A DNA stretch of 64,000 nucleotides from an uncultured virus (IMG/VR IMGVR_UViG_3300031758_000043) (IMGVR_UViG_3300031758_000043:1-64000), one strand, 5' to 3'. Positions 40,901 through 50,988 are shown, counted from the stretch's first letter. Notes: generated by a model from the letters alone, not told the origin. Numbers and translations: made by a program.

Positions 40901-41127
40901 TGACTTGGATAAAATTTACTCACACTGGTGGAACTTCATATCTTAATCTTGACCAGTACTATACTTTTGAGGAGACTGCACCCGCAGTTTTGACTTTCTA
41001 TGATGCTGGTTCAGGATCGGCCACTAACTACACTTTCTCTTCAGCTTCTGCTTTGGCAACATTTGTTAAGAAACTTGAGAGCCTTTCTAGAGTAATTGAT
41101 ATTGATCAGTTATCTATACAAGCATGA
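40900..41127 (+). CDS. Hypothetical protein
   Basis: 75 aa, translationally coupled on both sides. Confidence 0.65.
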   Translation: MTWIKFTHTGGTSYLNLDQYYTFEETAPAVLTFYDAGSGSATNYTFSSASALATFVKKLESLSRVIDIDQLSIQA

Positions 41128-42230
41128 CATTAAAAGGAGTTCGCAAAATATTTGTCTTGGGTGATCTTCACCTAGGCGTAAGAAATAACTCGTTAGAGTG
41201 GTCGGAAATACAAAGCGATTTTCTTCTGGACTTTTTCTTAAAGAAAGTAGATGAAGAAGGATTTGATCCTGAACAGGACATACTCGTACAGGTAGGGGAT
41301 TGGAATCACGTCAGAGAATCTACTAATACTAGAATCTATAAGCTTTCCTTGAAGATTGCTGAAAAGTTGACCTCCAAGTTCAAGAGAGGCGTTTTTGTGA
41401 TCTTGGGAAATCATGATGTGTATTATAAAGATCGAACTGATACTCACTCACTAGAGGGATTTGATAAGATTTATGAAAACTTTCACGTATTCGAAGAGCC
41501 TGAGACACTGACGATAAACTCCCATCGATTCTTAATGATGCCTTGGGTGGAAAACTTGGAAGATCTCAAGAAAAAGGTTTCATCTAGACCAGCAGACTTT
41601 GTTTTTTGTCATGCTGACATCAAGGGATTTAGCTTGAATTCCTTTCAAAAGCTTGAACACGGCCTAGAGGGAAAGGACTTGAGTCCATTCAAGAGAATTT
41701 ATTCAGGTCACATCCACATTCGACAAGAGAAGGGTAACGTGCTCTATGTCGGCACTCCATACGAGATGGACAGGGGAGATCGAGGAAACACTAAAGGCTT
41801 CTACGTACTAGACGTTAGCGGAAAAGAGGTTTCTGAAAAGTTCATTGAGAATACAGTATCCCCTAGACACGTAAAACACGACGTGTATGATCTTCTAAAC
41901 TTAAACTTGGAAGAGATCGCTGAACTATTTAAGAACAACTTTGTGGATCTTACTATCGAGTCCTCTTTTTCTCAAAGATTTCCAATGTCTCAGTTTACTG
42001 AGATGATCAAGGATCTTGGGCATCGTCGAGCTGAATTTTTCTCCTATTCTAGAGAACAGCTTAAAAAGAACAGTGAGGTTGAGATAGATTCAAGCTATGA
42101 GTATAACATCTTTACAATACTAGATGAGAATCTTCGTGAAATGAACCTACCTGACAGTCAGGCATCTCTGATAAGCTCCACATTCAAGGAGATCTATGAT
42201 TCTTTAAAAAACACTAAACAATACGATTAA
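41124..42230 (+). CDS. gp47/SbcD/Mre11-like nuclease
   Basis: GDLHLG, QVGDW, ILGNHD and YSGHIH. Confidence 0.92.
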   Translation: MTLKGVRKIFVLGDLHLGVRNNSLEWSEIQSDFLLDFFLKKVDEEGFDPEQDILVQVGDWNHVRESTNTRIYKLSLKIAEKLTSKFKRGVFVILGNHDVYYKDRTDTHSLEGFDKIYENFHVFEEPETLTINSHRFLMMPWVENLEDLKKKVSSRPADFVFCHADIKGFSLNSFQKLEHGLEGKDLSPFKRIYSGHIHIRQEKGNVLYVGTPYEMDRGDRGNTKGFYVLDVSGKEVSEKFIENTVSPRHVKHDVYDLLNLNLEEIAELFKNNFVDLTIESSFSQRFPMSQFTEMIKDLGHRRAEFFSYSREQLKKNSEVEIDSSYEYNIFTILDENLREMNLPDSQASLISSTFKEIYDSLKNTKQYD

Positions 42231-43897
42231 TGAGGTTACAGGAATTTTCTTATAAGAACATCATATCCTATGGAAACAAGCTTCAGACTTTTAAGTTTGA
42301 TGACGGTCCTCGCCTCATTCTAGTGGAGGGAGAAAACGGTGCTGGAAAGTCTTCTATCAAAGAAGCTCTGACCGTTTCAATATACGGCAGATCAGCTATT
42401 CGAAAGATGAAGGATATTCCAAACTGGATAAATCGAAACGCTTACACTAACGTAAAATTCGTCACTAATTCAGGAGAATCTATCGAAATAGACAGAGGAA
42501 TCGATCCAAATTTTAGTGACATCAAGATAAACGGTGCTCACTTCAATCTTCCAGACAAGAGAAAGGTCGATGAATTCATTGAGGAAGAACTAGTAAAGAT
42601 CCCATTTACAGTCTTTTGTAATACAATCTCTCTTTCCTTTGATGACTTTAAGTCCTTTGCTAACTTAAGCAAGGACGATAAGAGAAAGATCATAGACCGA
42701 ATATTTGGGATAGACATCCTAAGCGATATGCGAGCTAAGGTCAAGGACAAGCTTAGGGAAAACAAGTCAGAGCTTGACCTTCTTGAACTTGCGACTTCAC
42801 GAAACGAATCAAATCTTTCTAATTATCGGGACCAGCTGGATTCCCTAAAGAATAGGCTTGCTAAAAAGAAAGAAGAACTCACTGAGAAGCTTCAAGCAGA
42901 GATTAAATCAAAAAAGAAAGAGGTAGACTCTGCACTACAAAAAAAGAACGATCACCAAACCAAGATAAAAGACAATGCTGCTCTGCTTACCAGTGCAAAA
43001 CAGGACAGAGATAAGATGAAATCTTCTATTTCTGATCTTTCCTCTAAGTTAAATCTCTACTCAAAGAATAGGTGCCCTCATTGTCTAAATGACCTTCACT
43101 CTGACTCCTCAGTTGAGATAAAAGAAAAGATTGAACAGAAATTAGACGCTCTAAAAAAGAGTCTTCCTGATGCTCAGAAGAAGGTGGAAGATCTAGATGA
43201 GCTTGCGACTTCTCTTCTTTTTGATAAAGGCGATATCGATTCAGACTACTTCAATCGAAAGGCTGAACTGAGCGGATTGGAGAACTCACTCGAGGCTGCT
43301 CAGGAGACAGACAATCCGGAAGAAGTGTCTTCAATCACCAAGATCATAACTGATCTAGAGACTCAAATGAAGACTGATCAGAACTCCTCTTACTCTTTGA
43401 CTGAATCTCGTAATCTTTATCTTAGGCTAGACGATCTCCTCTCTGATTCCGGAATAAAGAAATCAATGATCGACAAGATCATCCCTACCCTAAATAGTAG
43501 GATACTTGAGATTTCAGAAAAATTAGAATTTAAGTTTCAATTTGAGTTCAATAATGAGTTTGATCCGGTCATCACCTATTTAGGAATGCAGGTCTCACCA
43601 GACAGCCTCTCTAGCGGTCAGCGAAAAAAGATGAATCTAATCATCCTACTCGCTTTTATTGAGATCATCAAAATGAAACACAATCACATGAACGTGATGT
43701 TTTTAGATGAAATCTTTAGTTCTTTAGACAAGATCAATGTGTATAAAGCGATCGAGATCCTTAAAGAATACGCGATAAAATACAACATGACCATTTTTGT
43801 TGTGTCGCATGAAGCTTTACCTGAAGAGTTCTTTGATTATAAAATCATGGTGAATCAAGTAGATCATTTTTCTGAGATGGAAATAATTAAAATCTAA
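42230..43897 (+). CDS. gp46/SbcC/Rad50-like ATPase
   Basis: GENGAGKS, coiled coil with CPHC hook, LSSGQ signature, FLDEIFSSLD and VVSH. Confidence 0.93.
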   Translation: MRLQEFSYKNIISYGNKLQTFKFDDGPRLILVEGENGAGKSSIKEALTVSIYGRSAIRKMKDIPNWINRNAYTNVKFVTNSGESIEIDRGIDPNFSDIKINGAHFNLPDKRKVDEFIEEELVKIPFTVFCNTISLSFDDFKSFANLSKDDKRKIIDRIFGIDILSDMRAKVKDKLRENKSELDLLELATSRNESNLSNYRDQLDSLKNRLAKKKEELTEKLQAEIKSKKKEVDSALQKKNDHQTKIKDNAALLTSAKQDRDKMKSSISDLSSKLNLYSKNRCPHCLNDLHSDSSVEIKEKIEQKLDALKKSLPDAQKKVEDLDELATSLLFDKGDIDSDYFNRKAELSGLENSLEAAQETDNPEEVSSITKIITDLETQMKTDQNSSYSLTESRNLYLRLDDLLSDSGIKKSMIDKIIPTLNSRILEISEKLEFKFQFEFNNEFDPVITYLGMQVSPDSLSSGQRKKMNLIILLAFIEIIKMKHNHMNVMFLDEIFSSLDKINVYKAIEILKEYAIKYNMTIFVVSHEALPEEFFDYKIMVNQVDHFSEMEIIKI

Positions 43898-43962
43898 TCG
43901 AATCTTTGTATATTTATTCAAATCGTGAAACTTTTTTACGATCACTGAATATAATATATAGC

Positions 43963-44199
43963 ATGAAGACAAAGATTCACATCAATCAACATCATATTAG
44001 ATCTAATAAGACCAGCGGTACTGATCTTCCTGTTGTGACTATAAAGCAGGGAAAGAAGAACACCTACTGCAATGAAGTGGAGATCATGGGACCTAGTAAA
44101 ATAGTCTATGGTGGTCATGGGTGTGATGCAAAAGCTTTACTTAGTTGTGGAGCTAGAGTAATTATTGAGACTGAAAGCGAAATTAAAATACTAAGATAA
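43963..44199 (+). CDS. Hypothetical phage protein
   Basis: Likely start MKTKIHINQH downstream of the promoter motif at 43929-43955. Confidence 0.7.
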   Translation: MKTKIHINQHHIRSNKTSGTDLPVVTIKQGKKNTYCNEVEIMGPSKIVYGGHGCDAKALLSCGARVIIETESEIKILR

Positions 44200-44200
44200 C

Positions 44201-45073
44201 ATGATAATCTATCAATCAAGAGGATTTGCAGAAGTATATGAGGAAGCTCTTTACGATCTAATCAAGCATCCTGAGTATACTACTCAACCTAGAGACATGA
44301 AGATCAAGGAGAACTGTGACGTTGCTCTAGTAATTGAGGATCCTCTCTCTTGTCTATACACAAATCCAGAAAGGTCTTCCCAATCTAAATACATCGCTGC
44401 CGAGCTCCTATGGTATTTTATGGGCAGAAATGATGTTGAGTACATCTCAAAGTTTGCCAAGTTTTGGGAATCGATCAAAAACGATGATGATACTGTAAAC
44501 TCATCGTATGGAAACCTTCTCTTTACTAACAAGAATGAGCATGGGTTAACTCAATATCAATGGGCATTAGAATCATTAGTTAAGGACAAGGATTCACGAC
44601 AAGCGATCCTGCACTTTAACTTGCCTATCCATCAGAGATACGGTAATAAGGATTTTGTTTGCACAGTATATGGGATCTTTCAGATTAGGAACAATAAGCT
44701 AAACTTTACCGTTCACATGCGCAGCAATGACGTGATCTTAGGTCTTCCGACTGATGTTGCTTTCTTTGCGACTCTGCAGAGTCAGATGTTAAAACATCTA
44801 AGACACGAAGGTGGATATACTAATTTAGAGTTAGGCATATACACTCACATCGCGAACTCATTCCACGTTTACGAGAGACACTTTGATCTTGTTGAGCGAA
44901 TGATCAAGCATAAGTTTGAGCCGGACTCAATTCCAAAAGTTGAGTGTAACTTAATTAAAACAGATGGCGCTCCGACATCAGCATTCAGTTACCTGTTTGA
45001 TGTACAGGACAGGATCGTTGCAGCAACCGGCGATGACCTATTTGATTGGATCCTAACTAATTTGAACTCATGA
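44201..45073 (+). CDS. Thymidylate-synthase-fold enzyme of T4 gp42 (dCMP hydroxymethylase) type
   Basis: DFVCT (catalytic Cys) and MRSNDVILGLPTD, with Asp at the base-specificity position where ThyA has Asn. Confidence 0.75.
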   Translation: MIIYQSRGFAEVYEEALYDLIKHPEYTTQPRDMKIKENCDVALVIEDPLSCLYTNPERSSQSKYIAAELLWYFMGRNDVEYISKFAKFWESIKNDDDTVNSSYGNLLFTNKNEHGLTQYQWALESLVKDKDSRQAILHFNLPIHQRYGNKDFVCTVYGIFQIRNNKLNFTVHMRSNDVILGLPTDVAFFATLQSQMLKHLRHEGGYTNLELGIYTHIANSFHVYERHFDLVERMIKHKFEPDSIPKVECNLIKTDGAPTSAFSYLFDVQDRIVAATGDDLFDWILTNLNS

Positions 45074-45327
45074 AGAATCACATTAAAAGAATACTGATCA
45101 CGATAGCTACGCTATCTTTAATCGCCTTAATATGTAACCTAACCTATGATTGGTCGGGACTGGACAAAAAGTTTGGAATGGAGTTCTCTTTCTTTCAATG
45201 GTATGCGATGGTGATACTCGCGAATCTACTCTTTCCAGGCAAAGACATTTTTAAACAACAAGAAGAAAAAAAAGATGACAACAAAGGACCTAAAATACCA
45301 CGTGACATACCTTCGCATGGCCTCTGA
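45070..45327 (+). CDS. Small membrane protein (2 TM)
   Basis: Two hydrophobic segments. Confidence 0.6.
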   Translation: MKNHIKRILITIATLSLIALICNLTYDWSGLDKKFGMEFSFFQWYAMVILANLLFPGKDIFKQQEEKKDDNKGPKIPRDIPSHGL

Positions 45328-45694
45328 GTGGGCATCACTCTCTTGCTGTAAGCGAAAAAAGGTAGGCGCACTAATCGTTAAGGACGGTACGATAATCTCA
45401 GACGGATTTAATGGAACTCCTAAGGGGTTTCCAAATGACTGTGAAGACGCAGACGGCAACACTCATTGGTATGTTCTACACGCTGAGGCGAATGCCATGC
45501 TAAAGGTTGCTCGCTCTACTCAAAGCACGGAAGGTGCGACCTTATATGTTACCTACTCTCCTTGTAAAGAGTGTTCAAAGATGATAGTCCAGTCTGGAAT
45601 CAAGCGAGTGATCTATCGAGAGGAATACCGGGACCTTTCAGGAGTAAAGATATTAAGAGAGGCAGGAATAGATGTCGTTCAACTTTCAGTGTAA
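45275..45694 (+). CDS. dCMP deaminase
   Basis: HAEANA and SPCKEC zinc motifs; KVGALIV; GFNG. Confidence 0.92.
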   Translation: MTTKDLKYHVTYLRMASEWASLSCCKRKKVGALIVKDGTIISDGFNGTPKGFPNDCEDADGNTHWYVLHAEANAMLKVARSTQSTEGATLYVTYSPCKECSKMIVQSGIKRVIYREEYRDLSGVKILREAGIDVVQLSV

Positions 45695-46116
45695 TGGAAA
45701 AGAGAAACATGGACATAATATTTGTTAAAGACTATAAGAGCTTCATTCAGAACTTTGGACAGAAAGAAAAGGATAACTACGTTCTAAATGTGAGCAAGTT
45801 GATCAAAGATAAATTTAGCACAAAATTCATAGTCCCAAACAAAGTACAGTCATTTCTCTTAAATTATGAGATAAAAAAGCTGCTAGACAAGGCAATCACG
45901 CTAAAGAATGATAAGTACACAAAGATAGTTTACTTGAATTCAAACTTATCCGCTGCTACCATCCTAAACACAATAGATTTTATTGAGGATGAGTACTCAG
46001 ATTTTAAGTTTTCTTACTTCTTAGTGAATTCAGAAGAGTTAGGAATTGAAGACCTTGGAGAGTCAGTCAAGATAATAAATGGAGATCAATCGTCTCCCCA
46101 CTCGTCTCCTAAGTAG
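45694..46116 (+). CDS. Hypothetical protein
   Basis: Likely start MEKRNMDIIF, TAATG-coupled to the deaminase. Confidence 0.65.
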   Translation: MEKRNMDIIFVKDYKSFIQNFGQKEKDNYVLNVSKLIKDKFSTKFIVPNKVQSFLLNYEIKKLLDKAITLKNDKYTKIVYLNSNLSAATILNTIDFIEDEYSDFKFSYFLVNSEELGIEDLGESVKIINGDQSSPHSSPK

Positions 46117-46853
46117 TCAACAACGTCTTCTACTTTGTCCTTCCAGCTTTCTGGAAAAAATCCAGCTTCAAACTCATCCCAATTAGGTTCTTCAGAATCC
46201 TCTTCTTCATCGTATTCATCTTCAGAATAACTCTCTTCGGGATACATTCCTGCATCCATCATGGCCGGTTCTTCGCTTGGATTCATTCCATACCCAAAAT
46301 AGTCATCGCTAGGATTTGCACCGGCTTGAATGTTCTTTAACCATTTAAGGTCTTCTTTACTAGGCTGCCCAAACTCAGTAGGAAGCTCGGCAAGCATGGC
46401 TTTCATCTCCGCGTCCTCTTCTCCCTCTTCACCTGGGTTTGCGCCAGCCTCGTAAGATCTTAATTCGTCCTCAATCTCAGATAGAGACTTTTCCTCGTTG
46501 ACGAATCTTTTGAATGATTCATATGATTTACCCTCACTAGTTGGATCGTATTCGATCACAGGAACAGCTGTCCTGTATGGGTCTGTATACTTAAATGGTT
46601 TCTTGTTCTCCTGCTTGTAGACCAAATCGTGAGTCATTGCCTTGTAAGTAGGATTGTACACCTGGTTAGAGAATGCAGGATCCCTTTCAACAGTTCGTTG
46701 ATAATCTGCTAATTTAGGATTCTTGTTGATCTTTCTTCCTCTTTCGTCCCTTAGGGCGATCGCAGAAGAAGGACCTCCGAATCCAGGTTTCTTTAGATCC
46801 ATGTAGTTATCAAAATCCATGATGTCTCTACGATGAGCGTTGAACATTTCCAT
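46086..46853 (-). CDS. Acidic late protein (possible head core/scaffold-type)
   Basis: Likely start MEMFNAHRR; very acidic C-terminal half, AGANP twice, internal SFKRFVNEE motif. Confidence 0.6.
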   Translation of the reverse strand: MEMFNAHRRDIMDFDNYMDLKKPGFGGPSSAIALRDERGRKINKNPKLADYQRTVERDPAFSNQVYNPTYKAMTHDLVYKQENKKPFKYTDPYRTAVPVIEYDPTSEGKSYESFKRFVNEEKSLSEIEDELRSYEAGANPGEEGEEDAEMKAMLAELPTEFGQPSKEDLKWLKNIQAGANPSDDYFGYGMNPSEEPAMMDAGMYPEESYSEDEYDEEEDSEEPNWDEFEAGFFPESWKDKVEDVVDYLGDEWGDD

Positions 46854-46869
46854 CCTCAATCTTAATTTT

Positions 46870-47448
46870 TTATACGATAATCTCGCCGATTCTAGTTTCT
46901 CGCCAGTAGTCAGCTCGATATGTTGCACTAACTCCAAAAAGAGTGGTTCCTCCAGCATAATCTAGAGAAAGCTCACTCAGCTTAGTCGTCGGAAACACGG
47001 ATGGAAACTTCCATTCTCTAAAGATGTCTCCTCGTTTGTTGAATACCACACATGCGATCTCACCAACATACTCTCTCTTGAGTCCTTGTGAACCCGTTTG
47101 AGGGTTGTACATGATATCGTTCCATGCTCTAAGGATGTTGTAAACGTATGCGTCGTTCTCCTCGTTCAAGTTGACTGTGAAGTCTATCACTAGATCAGCA
47201 GTCGTCTTGTCAGGAACTGCTCCAGCGTAGCTTCTACTAGCGAACTTATACTTTTGTTCAACCACTGTACCTGATGACTGGATCTCAGGCAAACCTGTGA
47301 TCTTGGTCACGTGTTCTACTAAAAGAGCAACATTCGGCCCTCCGATCACTGCCGGCGGAGTTATTACCACCTCAAATTGGTTCTGATATATGGGTTCGTA
47401 GTAGTTAACTGCTGCTACTGAATTGGTCCAATACGGTAAACCTGCCAT
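46870..47448 (-). CDS. Tail tube protein (gp19-like)
   Basis: YEPIYQNQFEV, LRAWNDIMYNPQTG and ELSLDY; late motif upstream. Confidence 0.85.
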   Translation of the reverse strand: MAGLPYWTNSVAAVNYYEPIYQNQFEVVITPPAVIGGPNVALLVEHVTKITGLPEIQSSGTVVEQKYKFASRSYAGAVPDKTTADLVIDFTVNLNEENDAYVYNILRAWNDIMYNPQTGSQGLKREYVGEIACVVFNKRGDIFREWKFPSVFPTTKLSELSLDYAGGTTLFGVSATYRADYWRETRIGEIIV

Positions 47449-47463
47449 TTCGTAATGATTATT

Positions 47464-48585
47464 TTAGTTATTTATTCGCGGAGAAGGCGGATTCTCATCA
47501 GCATCCTCTTCTTCCTGTTTAGTCTCTAGCTCTTCTCCCTCTTCTGGTTCTTCTACTGGAGTCGTCTTATTTAGATCAGGCTCAAATAGAGAATCAAAGT
47601 TGATGGTTGACTTGATTGCCACCTGAGACGAACGATTTGAATAAGTGTCGATCTGCACGGCGTCTCCTTTGAATTCCAATGATAAGGAAGGTAGAATAGT
47701 CTTGAATATCTGCTCATTCACGTTCTCAATCGGATCGTACACGATGATCTTAGAGATCGGTGGCTCACTCTTTTCGTCAATGATAAAGTTGTTAGTGAGT
47801 CCGCCAGACACAGCCACACTGAAGCCCTCCCAGCTGTTTATCTCAGCTCCATCCAAGGTTGTCACCATTCCAGTAGAAAGCTTAAGAGTCACTCTAGGAT
47901 TACCTGAATCTATACCGCTAGTCGAGACCTCACGTAAGACAGTTCGATTTGTGGTGAACCTCACGCTGAATCTAGTTCCACTAAAGTATCGATCATTTAA
48001 TTCCTTTCTTTGGGCTGCAGTCAGGTAAGTTGTTCTTGCGGATTCTCCTATAGGTTTAGGTAATCCTTTTTGTCCAGGATTTAGTTGGTCTTGGCCCTTG
48101 TCTAATTGAGGCTGACCTTGATCCAATTGACCTTGACCGGCATCCAATCCTTCTTGTCCTTTACCCAATCCTTTTTGAGGTTCAGGCAAACCTGGTACTT
48201 CAGGATTCTTAGGTTCTTCGGGTTCTTCGGTTTTTTCAGGTTCAGTCTCCGGAGGCAAAGGTTCTCCTGCAATCACTGCTTCGAAAGCCGCAGCATAATC
48301 AGGATTGATCCTTTTCTTGATCTCCTCGTTTGCCAAGTCAATCTTTCTCTTTAGGAGATTTACCTCGCTTAGGATAACATAGGTCAGGGTAGCATAGCCT
48401 TCTTGAAATTTCATGTCAGGAAAGGCGTCCACTTGATGTAGCCTAGCCGAAACATCCTTCTGGTCAAAGACGGTTTCTCCGTCAACTATTGCCCACAAAA
48501 GGTCATAGCTTAGGATTGCCTGGAAGATGAATCCTCCGTCCCTAAGTCTGATTTCGTCTGATTCTGCCTCAAATATGCTATCCAT
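47464..48585 (-). CDS. Hypothetical late protein with GQxxLxx heptad repeats
   Basis: GQEGLDA GQGQLDQ GQPQLDK GQDQLNP GQKGLPK. Confidence 0.7.
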   Translation of the reverse strand: MDSIFEAESDEIRLRDGGFIFQAILSYDLLWAIVDGETVFDQKDVSARLHQVDAFPDMKFQEGYATLTYVILSEVNLLKRKIDLANEEIKKRINPDYAAAFEAVIAGEPLPPETEPEKTEEPEEPKNPEVPGLPEPQKGLGKGQEGLDAGQGQLDQGQPQLDKGQDQLNPGQKGLPKPIGESARTTYLTAAQRKELNDRYFSGTRFSVRFTTNRTVLREVSTSGIDSGNPRVTLKLSTGMVTTLDGAEINSWEGFSVAVSGGLTNNFIIDEKSEPPISKIIVYDPIENVNEQIFKTILPSLSLEFKGDAVQIDTYSNRSSQVAIKSTINFDSLFEPDLNKTTPVEEPEEGEELETKQEEEDADENPPSPRINN

Positions 48586-48836
48586 TACTTGCGATCTCTG
48601 ACTCGTTTATAGTTTTTCCAAAGCTCATTATAGATATTACATGAGGCGCCTAAGAAGTTGATGATTCCAACAAACTTCTTTTTTTCTTCGCCCTCCATGT
48701 TAGCGACCTTTACTCCAATCTTCTTGGCGTCATTAACTGTGAGTTCCTCGTCCTCGTCCTTACCTACTAACTTCTTTAGATCGCCCTTCTTTTCTAATAG
48801 AGCATATCTTTGAAAGCTTGTGATTGCTCTCTTCAT
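48585..48836 (-). CDS. Small protein with CTS-like N-terminus
   Basis: N-terminus MKRAITSFQRYALLEK. Confidence 0.65.
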   Translation of the reverse strand: MKRAITSFQRYALLEKKGDLKKLVGKDEDEELTVNDAKKIGVKVANMEGEEKKKFVGIINFLGASCNIYNELWKNYKRVRDRK

Positions 48837-48845
48837 CGGTTTAGA

Positions 48846-49085
48846 TTATTTACGTTTTCCTCCGCCTACGATGTTCTTGTTCTTAGCCGTAGTCATGTAC
48901 TGCTTAGTGTACTTATCGATGTGTGGAGTTCCTTTACCTTTAACTGGTCCTTCAATCAATCCTTGGTTGATCTTCATAGATCCATTCTTATCGTTTGCAG
49001 AAACGTTTGCTTTTCCACGGTACCCGCTTTCAGCCTTTTTGAATGCTGCCATAAACTGGTTGTAGTTCATAACTGGATTTGCCAT
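48846..49085 (-). CDS. Small basic late protein
   Basis: N-terminus MANPVMNYNQFM; late motif at 49104-49112. Confidence 0.7.
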   Translation of the reverse strand: MANPVMNYNQFMAAFKKAESGYRGKANVSANDKNGSMKINQGLIEGPVKGKGTPHIDKYTKQYMTTAKNKNIVGGGKRK

Positions 49086-49172
49086 TGTTACTTAATTTTT
49101 TTATTATTTATCTTACTTTAAAAGAAAAAACCGAAAATGTCTTGACATAATCTAATCAGATATTCTAAAAAT

Positions 49173-49202
49173 AAAAAACCCCACTTTATCAGCGGGGTTT
49201 TT
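49173..49202 (-). terminator. Terminator
   Basis: AAAAAACCCC...GGGGTTTTT inverted repeat. Confidence 0.75.
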
Positions 49203-49219
49203 ATACTTTATTTAAAAAT

Positions 49220-49612
49220 TTATCCCTTAGGAAAAAATTGCTTTTTTAATTTAACTGCATACGCAACAGCGTCTGTCGCGGCCTTTTTAACTTCTGCATC
49301 TGTTCCATTTGGCCATCCAAATTCCTTCTTGTTTTTATTGCCATCTGAGTAAACAACATATTTCCAAGGATCAGTTAACTTTGAGTTAAGAAAAAGATTG
49401 ACTCCTGTATTATGATCAGGATAACAAAAGTATCCCTTACCATATGATGAAAATCCAGACACATTTGGTTCATCAATGTATTTGAATCCAGCTGCAGCCA
49501 TTCCTGGTTTTACAATTTGACCAAAGTGATCAAAATCCTTAACTCGCTCCATTTCAGCTTCTTCAGATTCATGAAGCTTACGCCAATTACTAAAATTTAA
49601 AACATTTCCCAT
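49220..49612 (-). CDS. Putative capsid-packaged protein (cassette 1)
   Basis: N-terminus MGNVLNFSNWRKLHES; late motif at 49632-49640. Confidence 0.75.
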   Translation of the reverse strand: MGNVLNFSNWRKLHESEEAEMERVKDFDHFGQIVKPGMAAAGFKYIDEPNVSGFSSYGKGYFCYPDHNTGVNLFLNSKLTDPWKYVVYSDGNKNKKEFGWPNGTDAEVKKAATDAVAYAVKLKKQFFPKG

Positions 49613-49661
49613 ATTTTAAAAATATTTTTTATTATTTATCTTTTTAAAGGAGAGATTTTTA

Positions 49662-49709
49662 TAGTATAATAGACTTAACTACATAAATTAAACGCCATGA
49701 AAAAGTTAG
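49662..49709 (+). repeat. Conserved promoter/leader block, copy 1
   Basis: 46/48 identical to 50941-50988; includes TAGTATAAT and ATGAAAAAGTTAG. Confidence 0.9.
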
Positions 49710-50149
49710 TAATTCTTTTAGTTCTATTGGTTTTAGCCGCTAAAGCCTTCTCTCAAACGATCACAATCGATGTTAAAGAAGCACAGTCTTACATTGATAT
49801 AGGTCAGACCGACTTCCAAAGCGTTCTTGATGAACCTGATTGGGAAGACTTTCCTAGAACAACTAACTGTCGATATGTGATCGATTTACAGGACAGCACT
49901 TCAACCTTTTACCGAGATGGAAAATTCGTAAGTGAGGTAAAGATTGACTATACTGAAGTATCTCCAGGTAAATACGTGATGACTACATACGACACTGCTG
50001 TTGAGTCTCACCGCTCATCAATATCAGCACAAATGGTATTGGATACTAACGAGAAAACCGAAGAGTTTTTGTACAGCTACTATGACTTTATGGACGATAA
50101 GACGTATGTCGACATCCTAACTAAGTTCACGATAGTTCGACCTGTATAA
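49697..50149 (+). CDS. Secreted protein with Sec signal peptide (cassette 1)
   Basis: MKKLVILLVLLVLAAKAFS|Q; beta-rich acidic mature part. Confidence 0.8.
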   Translation: MKKLVILLVLLVLAAKAFSQTITIDVKEAQSYIDIGQTDFQSVLDEPDWEDFPRTTNCRYVIDLQDSTSTFYRDGKFVSEVKIDYTEVSPGKYVMTTYDTAVESHRSSISAQMVLDTNEKTEEFLYSYYDFMDDKTYVDILTKFTIVRPV

Positions 50150-50165
50150 TATCTCTAAAGACAAG

Positions 50166-50193
50166 AAAAGCTCCTCAATTGAGGAGCTTTTTT
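50166..50193. terminator. Bidirectional terminator
   Basis: AAAAGCTCCTC-AATT-GAGGAGCTTTTTT. Confidence 0.9.
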
Positions 50194-50212
50194 AGTTTTA
50201 TAAGGAAAGTAA

Positions 50213-50893
50213 TTAAGGCTTTTGAGTAGGAGTTGCCTTAGCTCTTTCCGTAGCAAGAAAATTACTTAGGAGAGAATGATCCTTTGAATACTTAACGTTG
50301 CCGTCTCCTCTAGGAACTCCGAAAGCTGCCGCAGCGTTACCGCCAGCCTCTCCAAGTTCTTTTTGTGAGATGATCGTCGCGATCCCTGCTGCAATCTGAG
50401 CCGCGTCACCATCGTTTGAAGGTTCTGCTCCAGATTGCACATCTAATTCATAATTTTTATCAGGTCCAATAGACATGATTTGTGACCATGAGCCATGACC
50501 TTTTAACACAACATCTCCGGCTAAATACTGAACACCATTCTTATAAACCAACGCTCTTAATACTCCGTTTTCTGCAGAGAATATCGCTTTTATGGTATTC
50601 ACCTTTTTAGATTTATCAGCAGGGTCGAGTGAAGTCTTAAAGCTAATCACCTTGTAAGGTTGTCCAGTCTGTAGACCCATTTGTGTTGTGGTACCGGTAG
50701 TGGTTCCTACCATAGTCGTTAGTGTTTCAGCCTTTCCAGAATTTGTTCCAATTCGATTGAACGCTTTTGCGCTTTGTTCAGCTACAAATTGAATCTTATC
50801 AAGAGCTGCAAGATCAGCTGGAGTCGAACCTGTACCGGTCTCATCAGACTCGTATACTCTATACCAATTTCTAAAATTTAAAACGTGTGACAT
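50213..50893 (-). CDS. Putative capsid-packaged protein (cassette 2)
   Basis: N-terminus MSHVLNFRNWYRVYES; late motif at 50911-50919. Confidence 0.75.
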   Translation of the reverse strand: MSHVLNFRNWYRVYESDETGTGSTPADLAALDKIQFVAEQSAKAFNRIGTNSGKAETLTTMVGTTTGTTTQMGLQTGQPYKVISFKTSLDPADKSKKVNTIKAIFSAENGVLRALVYKNGVQYLAGDVVLKGHGSWSQIMSIGPDKNYELDVQSGAEPSNDGDAAQIAAGIATIISQKELGEAGGNAAAAFGVPRGDGNVKYSKDHSLLSNFLATERAKATPTQKP

Positions 50894-50940
50894 ACTAAAA
50901 ATCTTTTTTGTTATTTATCTTTAAAAGTTAGCAACTTTTT

Positions 50941-50988
50941 TAGTATAATAGACTTAACCACATAAATTAAACACCATGAAAAAGTTAG
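50941..50988 (+). repeat. Conserved promoter/leader block, copy 2
   Basis: 46/48 identical to 49662-49709. Confidence 0.9.

Noticed and set aside
44201..45073. Canonical thymidylate synthase thyA
   Set aside because: Asp rather than Asn at the specificity position and a gp42-like DFVCT context; gene symbol withheld.
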